64,000 nt of DNA, taken from positions 305,722,001 to 305,786,000 of the forward strand of contig OZ024742.1 in NCBI GenBank assembly GCA_964016885.1, written 5' to 3'. The notes beneath the pieces are model-generated. The model made no database searches, was not told the DNA's origin, and saw only the letters and a list, made by a program, of their open reading frames with translations. The DNA comes from Eledone cirrhosa (taxonomy: Eukaryota). The position numbers were made by a program, and so were the translations under genes. Below, piece by piece: positions 42,070-53,242 of this stretch; the first letter of the stretch is position 1, and every line of letters begins with the position of its first letter.

Positions 42070-42135
42070 TGTATTAATTCTGTACACACAAGTCATTCAA
42101 TATGTATATGTTTAAACCTCCACAGATACCTATGG

Positions 42136-42193
<58 letters not shown>

Positions 42194-42259
42194 CCATAGG
42201 TATCTGTGGAGGTTTAAACATATACATATTGAATGACTTGTGTGTACAGAATTAATACA
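42070..42259. repeat. Perfect palindrome centred on a (TA)n tract
   Basis: ~72-bp unique arms, exactly inverted around (TA)n at ~42142-42186. Confidence 0.9.
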
Positions 42260-42372
42260 CATATACTTCTTTTTCCACATACATTCATATACTTAATACA
42301 GCGTTGAGTAAAATGGTGTATTAATATAATATACACATAAATATACGTATACATATTTCTAAACGCACACAT

Positions 42373-42487
<115 letters not shown>

Positions 42488-43199
42488 GTTTATATTTAAT
42501 TCTTTATAGCATCGTATGTGGTGTTGCGATAAACAGGAAAAACTTATATATTTAAAATGGATGACAACAACAACAGCTGCAGTATTATTATTATGAGTGG
42601 TATTTTGAAATAAAATATAGGAAACAAATACAGAGGATAGTATATAAAGAATAAATACATAAAGTACGAAAAAAGAGAGGGAAAAATATTGGGAATAATC
42701 AAACGATGATACTTAACAAAATGGAAGATCTTTGGAAAATGAAGAATTGGTCGAACGAATATGTGTATCTGTGTAATATAATAATAATAATAGTAATAAT
42801 AGTAATATATATATATATATGTGTGTGTATGTATATATATATATATATATAATGCTTATATGTGTAGGTTTGTGTATTAAAACAAAGAATGTATAACGTT
42901 ATTACAAAATCTTACAAGAAAATATTTGGGAAAGAAAATGGTAAGAAATCGAAAGAAAAACACTGTGTTAAATGAAATTCGAAATAAAAACTGCAAAGAA
43001 ACATAAACATATAAAAGTTAACAATAATTTAAATATCAAAAGTTATATATATGAAATGAAATAGAAAAACAGACACAGCACTCTTATATATATATCTGCA
43101 TTTTATACATGTTTGTGTATATGTGGTCTGGTGTGGCGTATGAGCTCTACACACACATATATAACCCATACCCCCCCCCCCCATATATATATATATATA

Positions 43200-43233
<34 letters not shown>

Positions 43234-45108
43234 GTATATATATATATTTGTCTATGTTTGTATGGGAATACATATTTGTTTATACATATCTCTCTGCATG
43301 TGTATTTGGGAACTGGAGTTATAAAAACGAAATAAAAGAAAGGGAAAATTCTGGTAAGAGGTAAATAAAGAAGATTTTTACCAATTCTGGGATTGCTTTT
43401 TGAATGATGGTTCTGTCGGAAAGAAAATATGGGAAATGGTGCGAATATATGTCTATATGTCTATAGACTCTGTTTTTGTTATAGAAAAATCATTATTTTA
43501 CTCTTAATTTTTATTATTGATATCGTTATTATTGCCATTGTTATTGTTGTTGTTATTATTATTATTGGTATTATTATCATTGCTGTCGTTGTTGTTATTG
43601 CTGTGTGTTGTTGTTCAAGAAACTGATTTTGTTATTGGTGTTAATATTTTTATTATCATTTAATTTATAAACTAATGTTATGATGGCAGTGTTGGCATTG
43701 CTGCTAGGGTAGTTGGGGTAAGTCGTATGGGCCAGTGAATGTCGTAAAAATGTTTGCGTTGTAAAAACAATATGGTTTGGAGCATAGTGTTGCTATTGTC
43801 GGACATGATGATGCAAGTTATTACGACAATAGTGGAGGATATTGGTAGTGACGGTCGTTGCTACAGTAGTAATGTTTCCTTTCGCTGTTTATTCGTTGCC
43901 TTTATTAGTGTTCCCTAACCGTGATAGAGGCGCCTCTCTTTTATGGGGATAATATCAATGGCAATAATTCCTGTATTATTGTTGTTCAGAACTAGATGAG
44001 ATCACTTTGAATAGAACTAGAACCAAATGTATTCCAGCGATTTTTAAATATTCCTTCTTTTTCTAACAGACATATTAAATCTGGGACATTTTTTAAAATG
44101 GCATTTCTACTTTAGTAAGGTTTGATATGAGGGAAATTGTGTTGTTATTTCTATTGAGATAAATGACCACGTAAAAGATTTTTGTGGTAATATTGATTTT
44201 CTTAGATGTTTGGGTTATTGTAATGAAAGTCGTAGTGGAGGTGGTTGAGGCGATGTCAACAATCTTTACCAATGAAATAATGTTGTTCGTAGTATTATTG
44301 GTATCGCTGTATTATTGGCTGTTCCTTTGGTAGAAGTAGTTGTCTTTAAAGGAAAAAATACACCGTGTTGATGTATATATTGTTATCATTCTTCTGGTAT
44401 TGTTTTTGGTATGTAAACATGGTTGTTATTGTAGGAATGTGTTTTGTTAGTTTTTCAAATATTCTCATAAACTATACCACATGCATTAAACAAAGATATT
44501 TCACCAGCATTTAACTTATTTCCCATGACTATAATTGAACTATAAACGAACTCGGTTTTAAGCTAAAAAAGCCCAAATGTCTTTTGTGTTAGAGTCCTGA
44601 CTTTAAATATTTACCTTTAGAAGTAGGGTATCTATCTTGTGAATGATTTATCTTATATTCATGACATTGCGAATGATAGAATTAAGAATTAGTCTTAGGA
44701 ACGATTGTAATTCTGAAAAATGCCCAATCCTCCCGTTTACTAGCCAAGGGCAACACCTTTGACATTAGTGTAACGGTTATCACTTAGTAAAACTCATTGT
44801 TTACTTAGAACTACACAATGATTGACTTAAAGGGTATGACATAATTTGGTAGTAAGATTCTCTCCAGCATCATCACTATTAACATCACAATAACTTACTG
44901 GCAACATAATCCAAGAATAATTTGCAGTTTAATAGAACAAACAAGGCAGCTGTAAAATGAGTAACTTGCCTACGGTAGAAATATTGATAGTAGTGACGAA
45001 ATCTTAGCTTACATCACTTGAGATGTGAGTACAATTTATTATTCACTCGATTGTTTCAATTGATCTTTCTACTTCCCCCACTCTCTCTCGCTCTCTCTCT
45101 CTCTCCCC

Positions 45109-45165
<57 letters not shown>

Positions 45166-45173
45166 GGTGGCTG

Positions 45174-45232
<59 letters not shown>

Positions 45233-45233
45233 G

Positions 45234-45302
<69 letters not shown>

Positions 45303-45342
45303 GTCTATATATCTGTCTATCTGTCTATCTGTCTGTCTGTCT
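45174..45342. repeat. (ATCT)n microsatellite without an insertion
   Basis: Seen directly in the sequence. Confidence 0.95.
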
Positions 45343-46020
45343 CTAAGCCTGTCTGTTTGTCAGTCTGTCTGTCAGTTTATCCCTCTATCAATGCTTGCGT
45401 ACGTGTGTATATTTGTGTTTGTATGTATGCCTATATATATGCGTGCGGAGGCGTATGTTATGTGCGCATATGTGTGTTTGCCATTCTATCAACGCATACG
45501 TGTGAAATTCCTATACCTCCGATCAGATGAAAGAGAATGAGAAGTAAAAAGAAGAGCGAGTACGATGTTGTAAGGATATGGGGTTAGACGGGTGGGTATA
45601 AAACGTGAACAACAATTGTTATCTGAGATTCCTGTTTGAAACGAAGTATGAACAGGGTTCAAGTAGCCAGCGGGTGGTTTGATCCTGCTTATCTGGATAC
45701 AAATTATGTAAACGAGGTGTCATGTCTCAGATTCTTAGTTAGATTTCTGATTTGTCATCGGTGTCTGTCTTGATCCAGACAGACGCACACATCAACTGCA
45801 ATATAATACACTACGTTTGAACTGAATTATATATTTCTACATGCATTCACAATGCATAGTACACACATGCACACTTTTACACTAACATCTAATTAATTTC
45901 TTTATATAGAGTTTTGCACAAATATATGTAGAATCATTCATAGTAAGTTTTGAATATTTTATAACCTGTAAAACACAGGCTTATCTATTGGCTTAGGTTA
46001 TCTTTCTATCTACCAATTAC

Positions 46021-46059
<39 letters not shown>

Positions 46060-46275
46060 CTGGGATGGACACACGCGTATAACTTGCTGAGTAAGTTCTG
46101 TTTAAATTTCTATAGAAATTCTTGTCTGATAACTTTAATTTTTGTACCATTTTGTAGAGGGACTGCCAGATCAAACTTTGATCTGGTCAGTCTCTCAAAA
46201 TATTCTACGCCTTTAGGCGAAATAGTTAAAAAAAAAAAAAAGTTTTTTCTTGTTGAAAAGTCAATATTTTTTTAA

Positions 46276-48057
46276 ATGGCCGAAGCCTCTTCACCAAAAT
46301 TCGAAGGAGGAAAGGGGAAGATGAACTTACAGCTTCCCCCTGCCACTGTCACAGTAGCAGAGGTCAAGAAGATAGGTCAGCCAGAGGAAGAATTCTCTCC
46401 ACCTGTTAACCGACAACTTGACGTTACCATGGCAACAACCCAAAGAACCAACAGCAACAACAACAACAATGCGACGGTAGAAAACAACACCAATAACAAT
46501 AACAATAACAACAACAAGACCAATAACGGTGACAACAACAACAATGATAACAACAACACCACCAACGACAACAACAACACAAACAAACAAAATTTCTCCT
46601 TCGCCGAGACGACAAGGAAAACCCTCGACTATCTGCCAGTAGATATAACAAAAGCGAAGGAGCTACTGGCGGATGCGAAAAAATATATAGTGTACGGGGA
46701 AAATGGTTCATTCACAATCCATTCCCCCCCGGAACTAAAAAGCCAGAGACTCCTAAACACGGTCATGTTTAGGACAATCTCGAACAAAAGTAAAAAACCA
46801 GCTCAACCATCACAGAGCGAGATAGAGCTGGTTTTAAAAGACGTCATGAAGGACATCACCTTCATTCAGAAGGATAGACTCTACGGGAGTCTATCCATTC
46901 TCATGAAGGACAGGGACACAGCAGTGAAACTGTCCATCAAACCAATCACATCCACCGCATACACCTTCTACCCTACGTACATGGGTAGAAGAACACAAAA
47001 AATAAAAATCCACACCATCCTGCCGATTATGGACATATGGTGGGTTTTGACAGGTTTTCTGGACCTGGAGGATGACATGCTGGTGTCCATGGGAAAGGCA
47101 TCGGGTGACGCGTTCAGTGGAACGAGCCTCGAACTTGTAGTTCAAATGAGGCCCGAAAGGATCGCCCAGATCCCTGAACGCGTCATACTGGATGATCTAA
47201 CCTTCATCAACATTACCGTTGAGGGTAGACGGCCCTCGTGTTACCTCTGCGGAACCAGAGGTCACCTGAGGGCTGTCTGTCCCCAACTTAATAAGAAAAC
47301 CCCAATCCTGCCTACACCACCAACAACTGCACAACCAACACAATCACCACAACAACCACTACAAAAACAACCACCACAGCTCAAACCAAAACAAAACAAT
47401 GTCCAACCCATCCCCTCCACTCAAAAAACAAAAACAATTTCCAAAACACCCGTACCGCAAACACAACCCGAAAATATACCCCTCCCCTCCAACGCGGAAG
47501 ATGACCCTAGTTCGTCGTCAGACGAGGAGGAGCACTTCCACACAATCAAAAGAAAAAAAAGAAAACACACCTCAGACACACAAATGAAAAAAACCCCTCC
47601 CCAAAACATAACACTGACACCAACACAAAAGAGCTCACAACAGCAAACAAAAAACACCACACAAAAACAAAAACATGCATACACATACATAAATACAAGA
47701 AACAAAAAACTGTTAAACATTGTGTACAACAACAATCTAATAAAAACACAAGGGCCTAACTTCACCCAGGCAGGGGATTTCCCCCACCTCAAAATGATTA
47801 AGGCCCCACAGGACACCTATAAAACTTTAAAAAACAATTTTAAAGAGGACGTGGGTCCCCCCTGCGTCGGGCCCATTAACCGAGTCCTCCTAAAAAACTA
47901 TCCCACCCCCTCCCCAAACACCCTCACAACTCCAAGCTCCCCAACCACACAACACACTGATGCCCCCACACTTCCACAAACCACCACCCCACCCAACAAC
48001 CCATCCCCCACCCTAATGGAAATTGTGCAGCCCGATACCCGGGACGCAGAGAGGTAA
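46276..48057 (+). CDS. LINE ORF1, gag-like nucleic-acid-binding protein (593 aa)
   Basis: CX2CX4HX4C knuckle CYLCGTRGHLRAVC preceded by ITVEGRRPS. Has an Asn-rich N-terminal tract, a Pro/Gln/Thr-rich linker and a basic KRKKRK patch. Sits directly 5' of ORF2. Confidence 0.88.
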   Translation: MAEASSPKFEGGKGKMNLQLPPATVTVAEVKKIGQPEEEFSPPVNRQLDVTMATTQRTNSNNNNNATVENNTNNNNNNNNKTNNGDNNNNDNNNTTNDNNNTNKQNFSFAETTRKTLDYLPVDITKAKELLADAKKYIVYGENGSFTIHSPPELKSQRLLNTVMFRTISNKSKKPAQPSQSEIELVLKDVMKDITFIQKDRLYGSLSILMKDRDTAVKLSIKPITSTAYTFYPTYMGRRTQKIKIHTILPIMDIWWVLTGFLDLEDDMLVSMGKASGDAFSGTSLELVVQMRPERIAQIPERVILDDLTFINITVEGRRPSCYLCGTRGHLRAVCPQLNKKTPILPTPPTTAQPTQSPQQPLQKQPPQLKPKQNNVQPIPSTQKTKTISKTPVPQTQPENIPLPSNAEDDPSSSSDEEEHFHTIKRKKRKHTSDTQMKKTPPQNITLTPTQKSSQQQTKNTTQKQKHAYTYINTRNKKLLNIVYNNNLIKTQGPNFTQAGDFPHLKMIKAPQDTYKTLKNNFKEDVGPPCVGPINRVLLKNYPTPSPNTLTTPSSPTTQHTDAPTLPQTTTPPNNPSPTLMEIVQPDTRDAER

Positions 48058-48081
48058 GTGCCTTTTCTCTTCACCACCAAC

Positions 48082-51000
48082 ATGGCTATGCTAAGAGTAG
48101 GCTGTTTAAATGCGCGTGGCCTGGGCTCAACTTGGAAGCAAGCAATGCTTCTAAATGACCTCAGGTCACAACGTATAGATGTGATGGTTATTTGCGAGGC
48201 CCGGATCAGCAACGTGCGACAGCTGGCCCCCACCTTTGATGACTTTGAGATGCACGCATCTCTCTGTCAGCCTGGAGGTGGGGGTGGAGTTGTCGTTCTG
48301 CTGCAAAAACATCTGGGTCTCGCAACACAGATGGTACATTTGGACCCGGAGGGTCGACTAGTGGTTCTGGACCTTGGCAGTGGTAAAGGCGGAGCGTTTA
48401 GGTTGGTAGCCGCCTACGGCCCTTTCGGGTCAATGCGGCCGGACTTCTTCCATCGTCTGGAGACTTTTCTAGGGACGTCCCGCTCCTTGCTATTAGTGGG
48501 GGACTGGAATGGTATCCTAGATGCACGCTGGGACTACGTAGGGGCCTGCCCCGATAGAGAGGGGTGTAATAGCCTCAAAGGGTTAATCGGTCGATTTGAC
48601 CTGGCCGATAGATATCGACTAGATTTTCCGACTGCGCCAACCTGGACTTGGGCAAATCGTAGCGGATCATCTAGGTCGTACCTAGATAGGTTCTTAGTTA
48701 GAATTAAGGATAAGGACTTTTTAAGTTGTCCAAAAATGCGCATTGTTGGCTATTCAGACCACAAATTAGTGACCTGCATGGTCAACCTTGACAGAACTCA
48801 TAGACAGGGCCCCGGTTACTGGAAGCTCAACTTGTCCTTGCCGGCAAGTAGAGCCTACAGGAATCGGATTAGTACGTTAGTTAAGGAACGGTTGACTGGA
48901 GCGATCGTCAACAGCAGGTGGTGGGTATCTCTAAAGAGAGAGATTAGAGTAGTCTCGATAGAATTTAGTAAGGTTCTAGCTGCGGATAGGAATAGGAAGG
49001 AAAGGGAGCTAATAGATAGAGTAGAAGAGGCAATTAGAAGCGGCGACGTGGCCAGAGTGCTAGCGTCGAGAACGGCGTTGAGCCAGTTTTTCGACGCGAA
49101 GCACGAAGGCTGCGTTGTCCGAAGTAAAATACGTGCTCTAGGGAACGAGGGGACCAAAGCTGTTAGCTGGGCCCGCGTGACAGAGGCCAACAGTGGAACT
49201 AAATCCACCATCCGGTCTTTGCGAGACCTGGATGGACGGGCGATTCTTGAGCCTAAGCAGATGTGTGAGGCCTTTCAAAGGCACTTTGCCCGACTGTTCG
49301 GGAGGGGCGGGGAGCCGGTTGGGAACGTGGACTTCGGTCCATACCTCGACGGCCTGCCGCGCCTCTCGGACAGGGAGGCGAAGTCCTGCGAGGAGCCGAT
49401 TTCGGCCGCTGAGATAGAGGACGTGCTGAGCCAATGCGGCAAACGCAAATCCCCGGGTCTCGATGGTCTTCCTTACGAATTATATCTAGCTATGCCGGAC
49501 TTGTTCCCCGATCTCCTCGAGGCGGTCTACTGCAACTGGCAACAGAACGGGAGAATTCCCTGTACTGTGACCAAGGGCGTAGTCACGCTAGTGAGGAAGG
49601 ACGAGAACAAGGGGGACGAAATAAGTAACTTCAGGCCCATAACACTGCTAAATACAGAGTTACAGATTTTGGCCAAGGTGCTAGCAAAGAGGTTGGCGCT
49701 TGTCGTGGGCAACCTGGTGGGAGATGCGCAGACATGCGCTATCCCGTCCAGGTCCATCCATGACAACCTCCACCTCATGCGATACATCATAGAGAGGGTT
49801 GGGAACGAACCCGGCTTTGGTGGGGCTCTGATCAACTTGGATCAATCTAAGGCGTTCGATAGGGTCGACCATGGTTACCTGGATGCGGTGCTAGCGGCGG
49901 CAGGCTTCGGACCCGTTTTCAGGGGCTGGATCACTGCTATGCACAGCAGCCGCATCTGCTCTAGGGTCAAGGTGAACGGCTACCTCTCGGAGCCGTTCAA
50001 AATCGAGCGGTCCATCCGACAAGGGTGCCCTCTCTCCTCCCTTCTGTATGTGTTGACTCTCGAGCCACTACTGCGGAAGTTGGAGTTGTTGCAGGGCATC
50101 CCTTTGGAACCGGGATTGCGGAAAGCGGTGTCGGCCTACGCCGATGACGTGACAGTAATGGTGTCGACGGCCTCCGAAATCGAGGCGGTCGGCACCTTAC
50201 TGGAGGAGTACGAAAAGTTCACAGGGGCTAAGCTGAACCGGGACAAGTCGATCGGTTTGCAACTCGGCACGTGGAGGGGCAGACCGATGCCCTCCGATAG
50301 CGTCGTCGGACGCTGGACGGAGGGCCCGGTGAAGTTGCTCGGGGTCTGGTTCGGACCGGACCTCCAGGTGGAGAAAAACTGGGCGGAGGTTACGAACAGG
50401 GTGTTTGCACTGACCCAGAAGTGGGCCAGTTGCAAACTATCCCTGAAAGGTCGGGCGGAGGTGGCGAACACCTACATAGCGTCCGTCATCTACTACCGCC
50501 TGACCGTAGTGCCCTGCCCAAGGGAAACCCTCACCAAGATGGAGCGCGCGCTCTTCCAATTCCTTTGGAAGAGGCGGGCTCCTATGGTGAGGAGATCCAT
50601 CTGCTGTCAACACCCTTCGAAAGGAGGGCTGGGGATGCCGTGGCTAATGATGCGTAAACACGCATTAAGGCTACGGCACCTCTACGTATTCCTCACCGGA
50701 CAACCGGTGTGGGCCTCGTTTGTGAGACGAACCTTTCCCAGACTCGTCTCACTCACCGAGCTGCAATCCTGGGTCAAGCAAAGACCGAGAAAACTGGGCG
50801 CCTGGCTCACTGAGTGTGCCCAGGCGCTCACCGCCCTCTGGCAGGCGGATCCGGTTATCAGTGGAGACTCCACCGCAACATTCTATAGAGGGCTGGTACG
50901 CAGCAGGTGCGACGACGCCCTCGGAGAAGCCCTAGACATGGAGGAGGACGAACTGGCCAGCCTGTTCGGTAGGACATTCAGCCCGGGACCTATGGACAAC

Positions 51001-51519
51001 TTCCAGAAGTCCCTGGCCTGGCAGTGCTACCGAGGGGCTTTACCCGTTCGAGAAAGGCTCTACAGACACGGGCGCCCGGGAAGGGACCCCGCCAAAAAGA
51101 TCTGTCCCAGATGCGTGTGCGACGAGGAAACCGTTGCACACGCATTGGTACACTGCTCGGGCGTAGCCGATCTGTGGGGCTATGTCGAACAACTGCTGTC
51201 AAGGGTGGGACCGATCCGGTTGACCACCGAGTCGATTGTAATGATCAAGCCGCCTCCCCCCTTCAAAGATGAAGCAGAGGCGGTGTTTCTGTGCGTAATA
51301 GCCATGGCGAAAGAGGTTGTATGGTGGACGCGTCTGAAAGGACTGAGGTCAGGCACCTTTCTCTCTGGCCAACAACTGGTCCGTTTCTTCCGATATCATT
51401 TCGGAAGAAGGATCAGGATGGAGAGAGAGGTGCTGCACCCCAGCCGTTTCTATGAAAGATGGGTGAAAGTGGCGAGAATGGCCCGTGTGAATGGGCCTTC
51501 ACTCTACATCAGACTATAG
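48082..51519 (+). CDS. LINE ORF2: APE endonuclease + reverse transcriptase + C-terminal Cys/His domain
   Basis: APE motifs LNARGL, ICE, GDWN, SYLDRF, SDH. Linker GPGYWKLN. RT motifs KSPGLDG, FRPITLLN, LDQSKAFDRVDH, IRQGCPLS, YADD. C-terminal CPRC...ETVAHALVHC. First ATG is at 48082; the frame is open from 48058. Confidence 0.95.
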   Translation: MAMLRVGCLNARGLGSTWKQAMLLNDLRSQRIDVMVICEARISNVRQLAPTFDDFEMHASLCQPGGGGGVVVLLQKHLGLATQMVHLDPEGRLVVLDLGSGKGGAFRLVAAYGPFGSMRPDFFHRLETFLGTSRSLLLVGDWNGILDARWDYVGACPDREGCNSLKGLIGRFDLADRYRLDFPTAPTWTWANRSGSSRSYLDRFLVRIKDKDFLSCPKMRIVGYSDHKLVTCMVNLDRTHRQGPGYWKLNLSLPASRAYRNRISTLVKERLTGAIVNSRWWVSLKREIRVVSIEFSKVLAADRNRKERELIDRVEEAIRSGDVARVLASRTALSQFFDAKHEGCVVRSKIRALGNEGTKAVSWARVTEANSGTKSTIRSLRDLDGRAILEPKQMCEAFQRHFARLFGRGGEPVGNVDFGPYLDGLPRLSDREAKSCEEPISAAEIEDVLSQCGKRKSPGLDGLPYELYLAMPDLFPDLLEAVYCNWQQNGRIPCTVTKGVVTLVRKDENKGDEISNFRPITLLNTELQILAKVLAKRLALVVGNLVGDAQTCAIPSRSIHDNLHLMRYIIERVGNEPGFGGALINLDQSKAFDRVDHGYLDAVLAAAGFGPVFRGWITAMHSSRICSRVKVNGYLSEPFKIERSIRQGCPLSSLLYVLTLEPLLRKLELLQGIPLEPGLRKAVSAYADDVTVMVSTASEIEAVGTLLEEYEKFTGAKLNRDKSIGLQLGTWRGRPMPSDSVVGRWTEGPVKLLGVWFGPDLQVEKNWAEVTNRVFALTQKWASCKLSLKGRAEVANTYIASVIYYRLTVVPCPRETLTKMERALFQFLWKRRAPMVRRSICCQHPSKGGLGMPWLMMRKHALRLRHLYVFLTGQPVWASFVRRTFPRLVSLTELQSWVKQRPRKLGAWLTECAQALTALWQADPVISGDSTATFYRGLVRSRCDDALGEALDMEEDELASLFGRTFSPGPMDNFQKSLAWQCYRGALPVRERLYRHGRPGRDPAKKICPRCVCDEETVAHALVHCSGVADLWGYVEQLLSRVGPIRLTTESIVMIKPPPPFKDEAEAVFLCVIAMAKEVVWWTRLKGLRSGTFLSGQQLVRFFRYHFGRRIRMEREVLHPSRFYERWVKVARMARVNGPSLYIRL

Positions 51520-51783
51520 GTGAGGAAGATAAAAGACCAAGGGAGCACCCCTTCTCTGTGCTCCTGAGGAGAAGGGTTGCACACTTTTTTCGGGGGTGTG
51601 TGCGACCCCCCAAGGCGCCTCCTCTCTATTGAGGATTTTGTTAAAAATTTTATTTTTTGTTATATCTTATTTTATTTTTATATTTTGTTATTGCCTTCTC
51701 CTTATTGAGGACGCCTTTTTGTGTAAACTCCCCCCTTTGTACTTGTCCCACTTTTGATGCCCTAGTGGCAAATAAAAGAAATA

Positions 51784-51834
<51 letters not shown>

Positions 51835-52391
51835 TTTTCTATCTATCTCTCTTTCTAGTCCTGTAGAAGTCATTTCTATATTAAATATTTATACTCTGCT
51901 ATGTATTGAGTACCTTACTTAGTGTGGTTACCCCCGATTGAACCCGGGATAAACTTATATATATATATATATAGTAATAATAATAAATTTGAAGACTAAA
52001 ATCCAAAGAGGGTTCGATAAGGATAAATATCTATCAAATATATAACAACACTAGAGCAAATATTTATTAAAATAACAGATTAAAGTTTAAGCAAAGAATC
52101 GGGGCTTTCACCCTATATATATATATACGTGTGTGATCCACTAAAGACATACTTGAATGTATATCATTGCACCGAAGCACTATACATCCAATAACATTTT
52201 GGTAATTTACACTACTTGCTGTCAATCTTAATGTTATGATTTATAAAATAGTTCATTAAATTGATCTAAGGCTCTTAGTTCTTTTAATCGAAAAAATAAA
52301 GTCGAACATGAACACTAAATTTATATATATATATATATATAATATTAAAATATAAATATTAATAAAATAGATGTTCTTTTGATCAATTACA

Positions 52392-52442
52392 TTTTACTAT
52401 ACATATTTCGGATGTACAACAGTACGTCCTCATCAGACAAAA
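52392..52442 (-). ncRNA. Hammerhead ribozyme candidate in the left arm of the palindrome
   Basis: Reverse-complement copy of 52562-52612 with one change in stem I. Confidence 0.68.
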
Positions 52443-52561
52443 TATAATGATACATGACATACCCTCAGATGTTAAATGGTTAAGATTTAATCAAGGTAGT
52501 AAATCTTAACCATTTAAATCTTAACCATTTAACATCTCAGGGTATGTCATGTATCATTATA

Positions 52562-52612
52562 TTTTGTCTGATGAGGACGTACTGTTGTACATCCGAAATA
52601 TGTATAATAAAA
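52562..52612 (+). ncRNA. Hammerhead ribozyme candidate in the right arm of a palindrome
   Basis: UUUUGU-CUGAUGA-GGACGUAC(UGUU)GUACAUCC-GAAA-UAUGUA-UA-AUAAAA. Stem I is 6 bp; stem II pairs 7 of 8. Confidence 0.72.
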
Positions 52613-52781
52613 TGTAATTGATCAAAAGAACATCTATTTTATTAATATTTATATTTTAATATTAATAACTCCGGAAAATTATTTTTCGTAGAGTGCTTCC
52701 AATCTACTGTAAAACTCATTCTTTGACATACTCCTTGAATATTGTTTAACACTTTAATATATATATATACATATGTACATC

Positions 52782-52979
52782 TAGGAAAAAGTATGACCCC
52801 GACGGCAGAGCTCAAGCCGTTTCGACGGCTATTTCTGGACTCCAGAAATAGCCGTCAAAACGGCTTGAGCTCTGCCGTCGGGGTCATACCTTTTCCTATT
52901 ACCCACTCTACTACCCTAAGTATTGAGTACTCTGGTGCGTTATGGTTCATCTGGTTCCTTACCACAATTCATTCGTTAT
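52782..52979 (+). mobile_element. Fold-back copy of repeat family A (GAAACGGCTTGAGCTC family)
   Basis: Palindrome 52782-52898 centred on 52840, plus an ~80-bp tail TTACCCACTCTACTACCCTAAG...TTCGTTA running into TA repeats. Confidence 0.8.
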
Positions 52980-53010
52980 ATATACACACACATATATATA
53001 TATATATATA

Positions 53011-53242
53011 TGAAATTAGAAATATAATCTATCGCCGTATTTTGACTAAAGAAATTAAAGAAATTATTTAGCCTAATAGTGGGGTTAAGAACCCTCGGAG
53101 AAATGGAAAAAGATGAGTATTGACGTATGTCAATACTCATCTTTTTCCATTTCTCCGAGGGTTCTTAACCCCACTATTAGGCTAAATAATTTCTTTAATT
53201 TCTTTAGTCAAAATATGGCGATAGCTTATATTTCTAATTTCA
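53011..53242. repeat. Near-perfect 232-bp palindrome next to (TA)n
   Basis: Arms of ~114 bp centred on GAC-GTAT-GTC (53126/53127) with few mismatches. Short tail to TA repeats at ~53277. Confidence 0.9.

Larger units (their letters stand above)
46059..51781 (+). mobile_element. Full-length Tx1/L1-group non-LTR retrotransposon (5'UTR, ORF1, ORF2, 3'UTR) embedded in (ATCT)n
   Basis: Two long uninterrupted ORFs, much more GC-rich than the flanks. Ends in AATAAAAGAAA followed by (ATCT)n. (ATCT)n also lies directly upstream (46021-46058). The 5' boundary is approximate. Confidence 0.93.
52340..52757 (+). mobile_element. Fold-back pLTR-like insertion: 151-bp arms plus tail, between (TA)n
   Basis: Arms 52340-52490 and 52514-52664 are near-perfectly inverted. 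Unique tail to ~52757. Hammerhead motif in each arm. Confidence 0.75.

Noticed and set aside
48534-51272. Short alternative-frame and antisense ORFs inside ORF2
   Set aside because: Expected shadows of a GC-rich coding region; no motifs.
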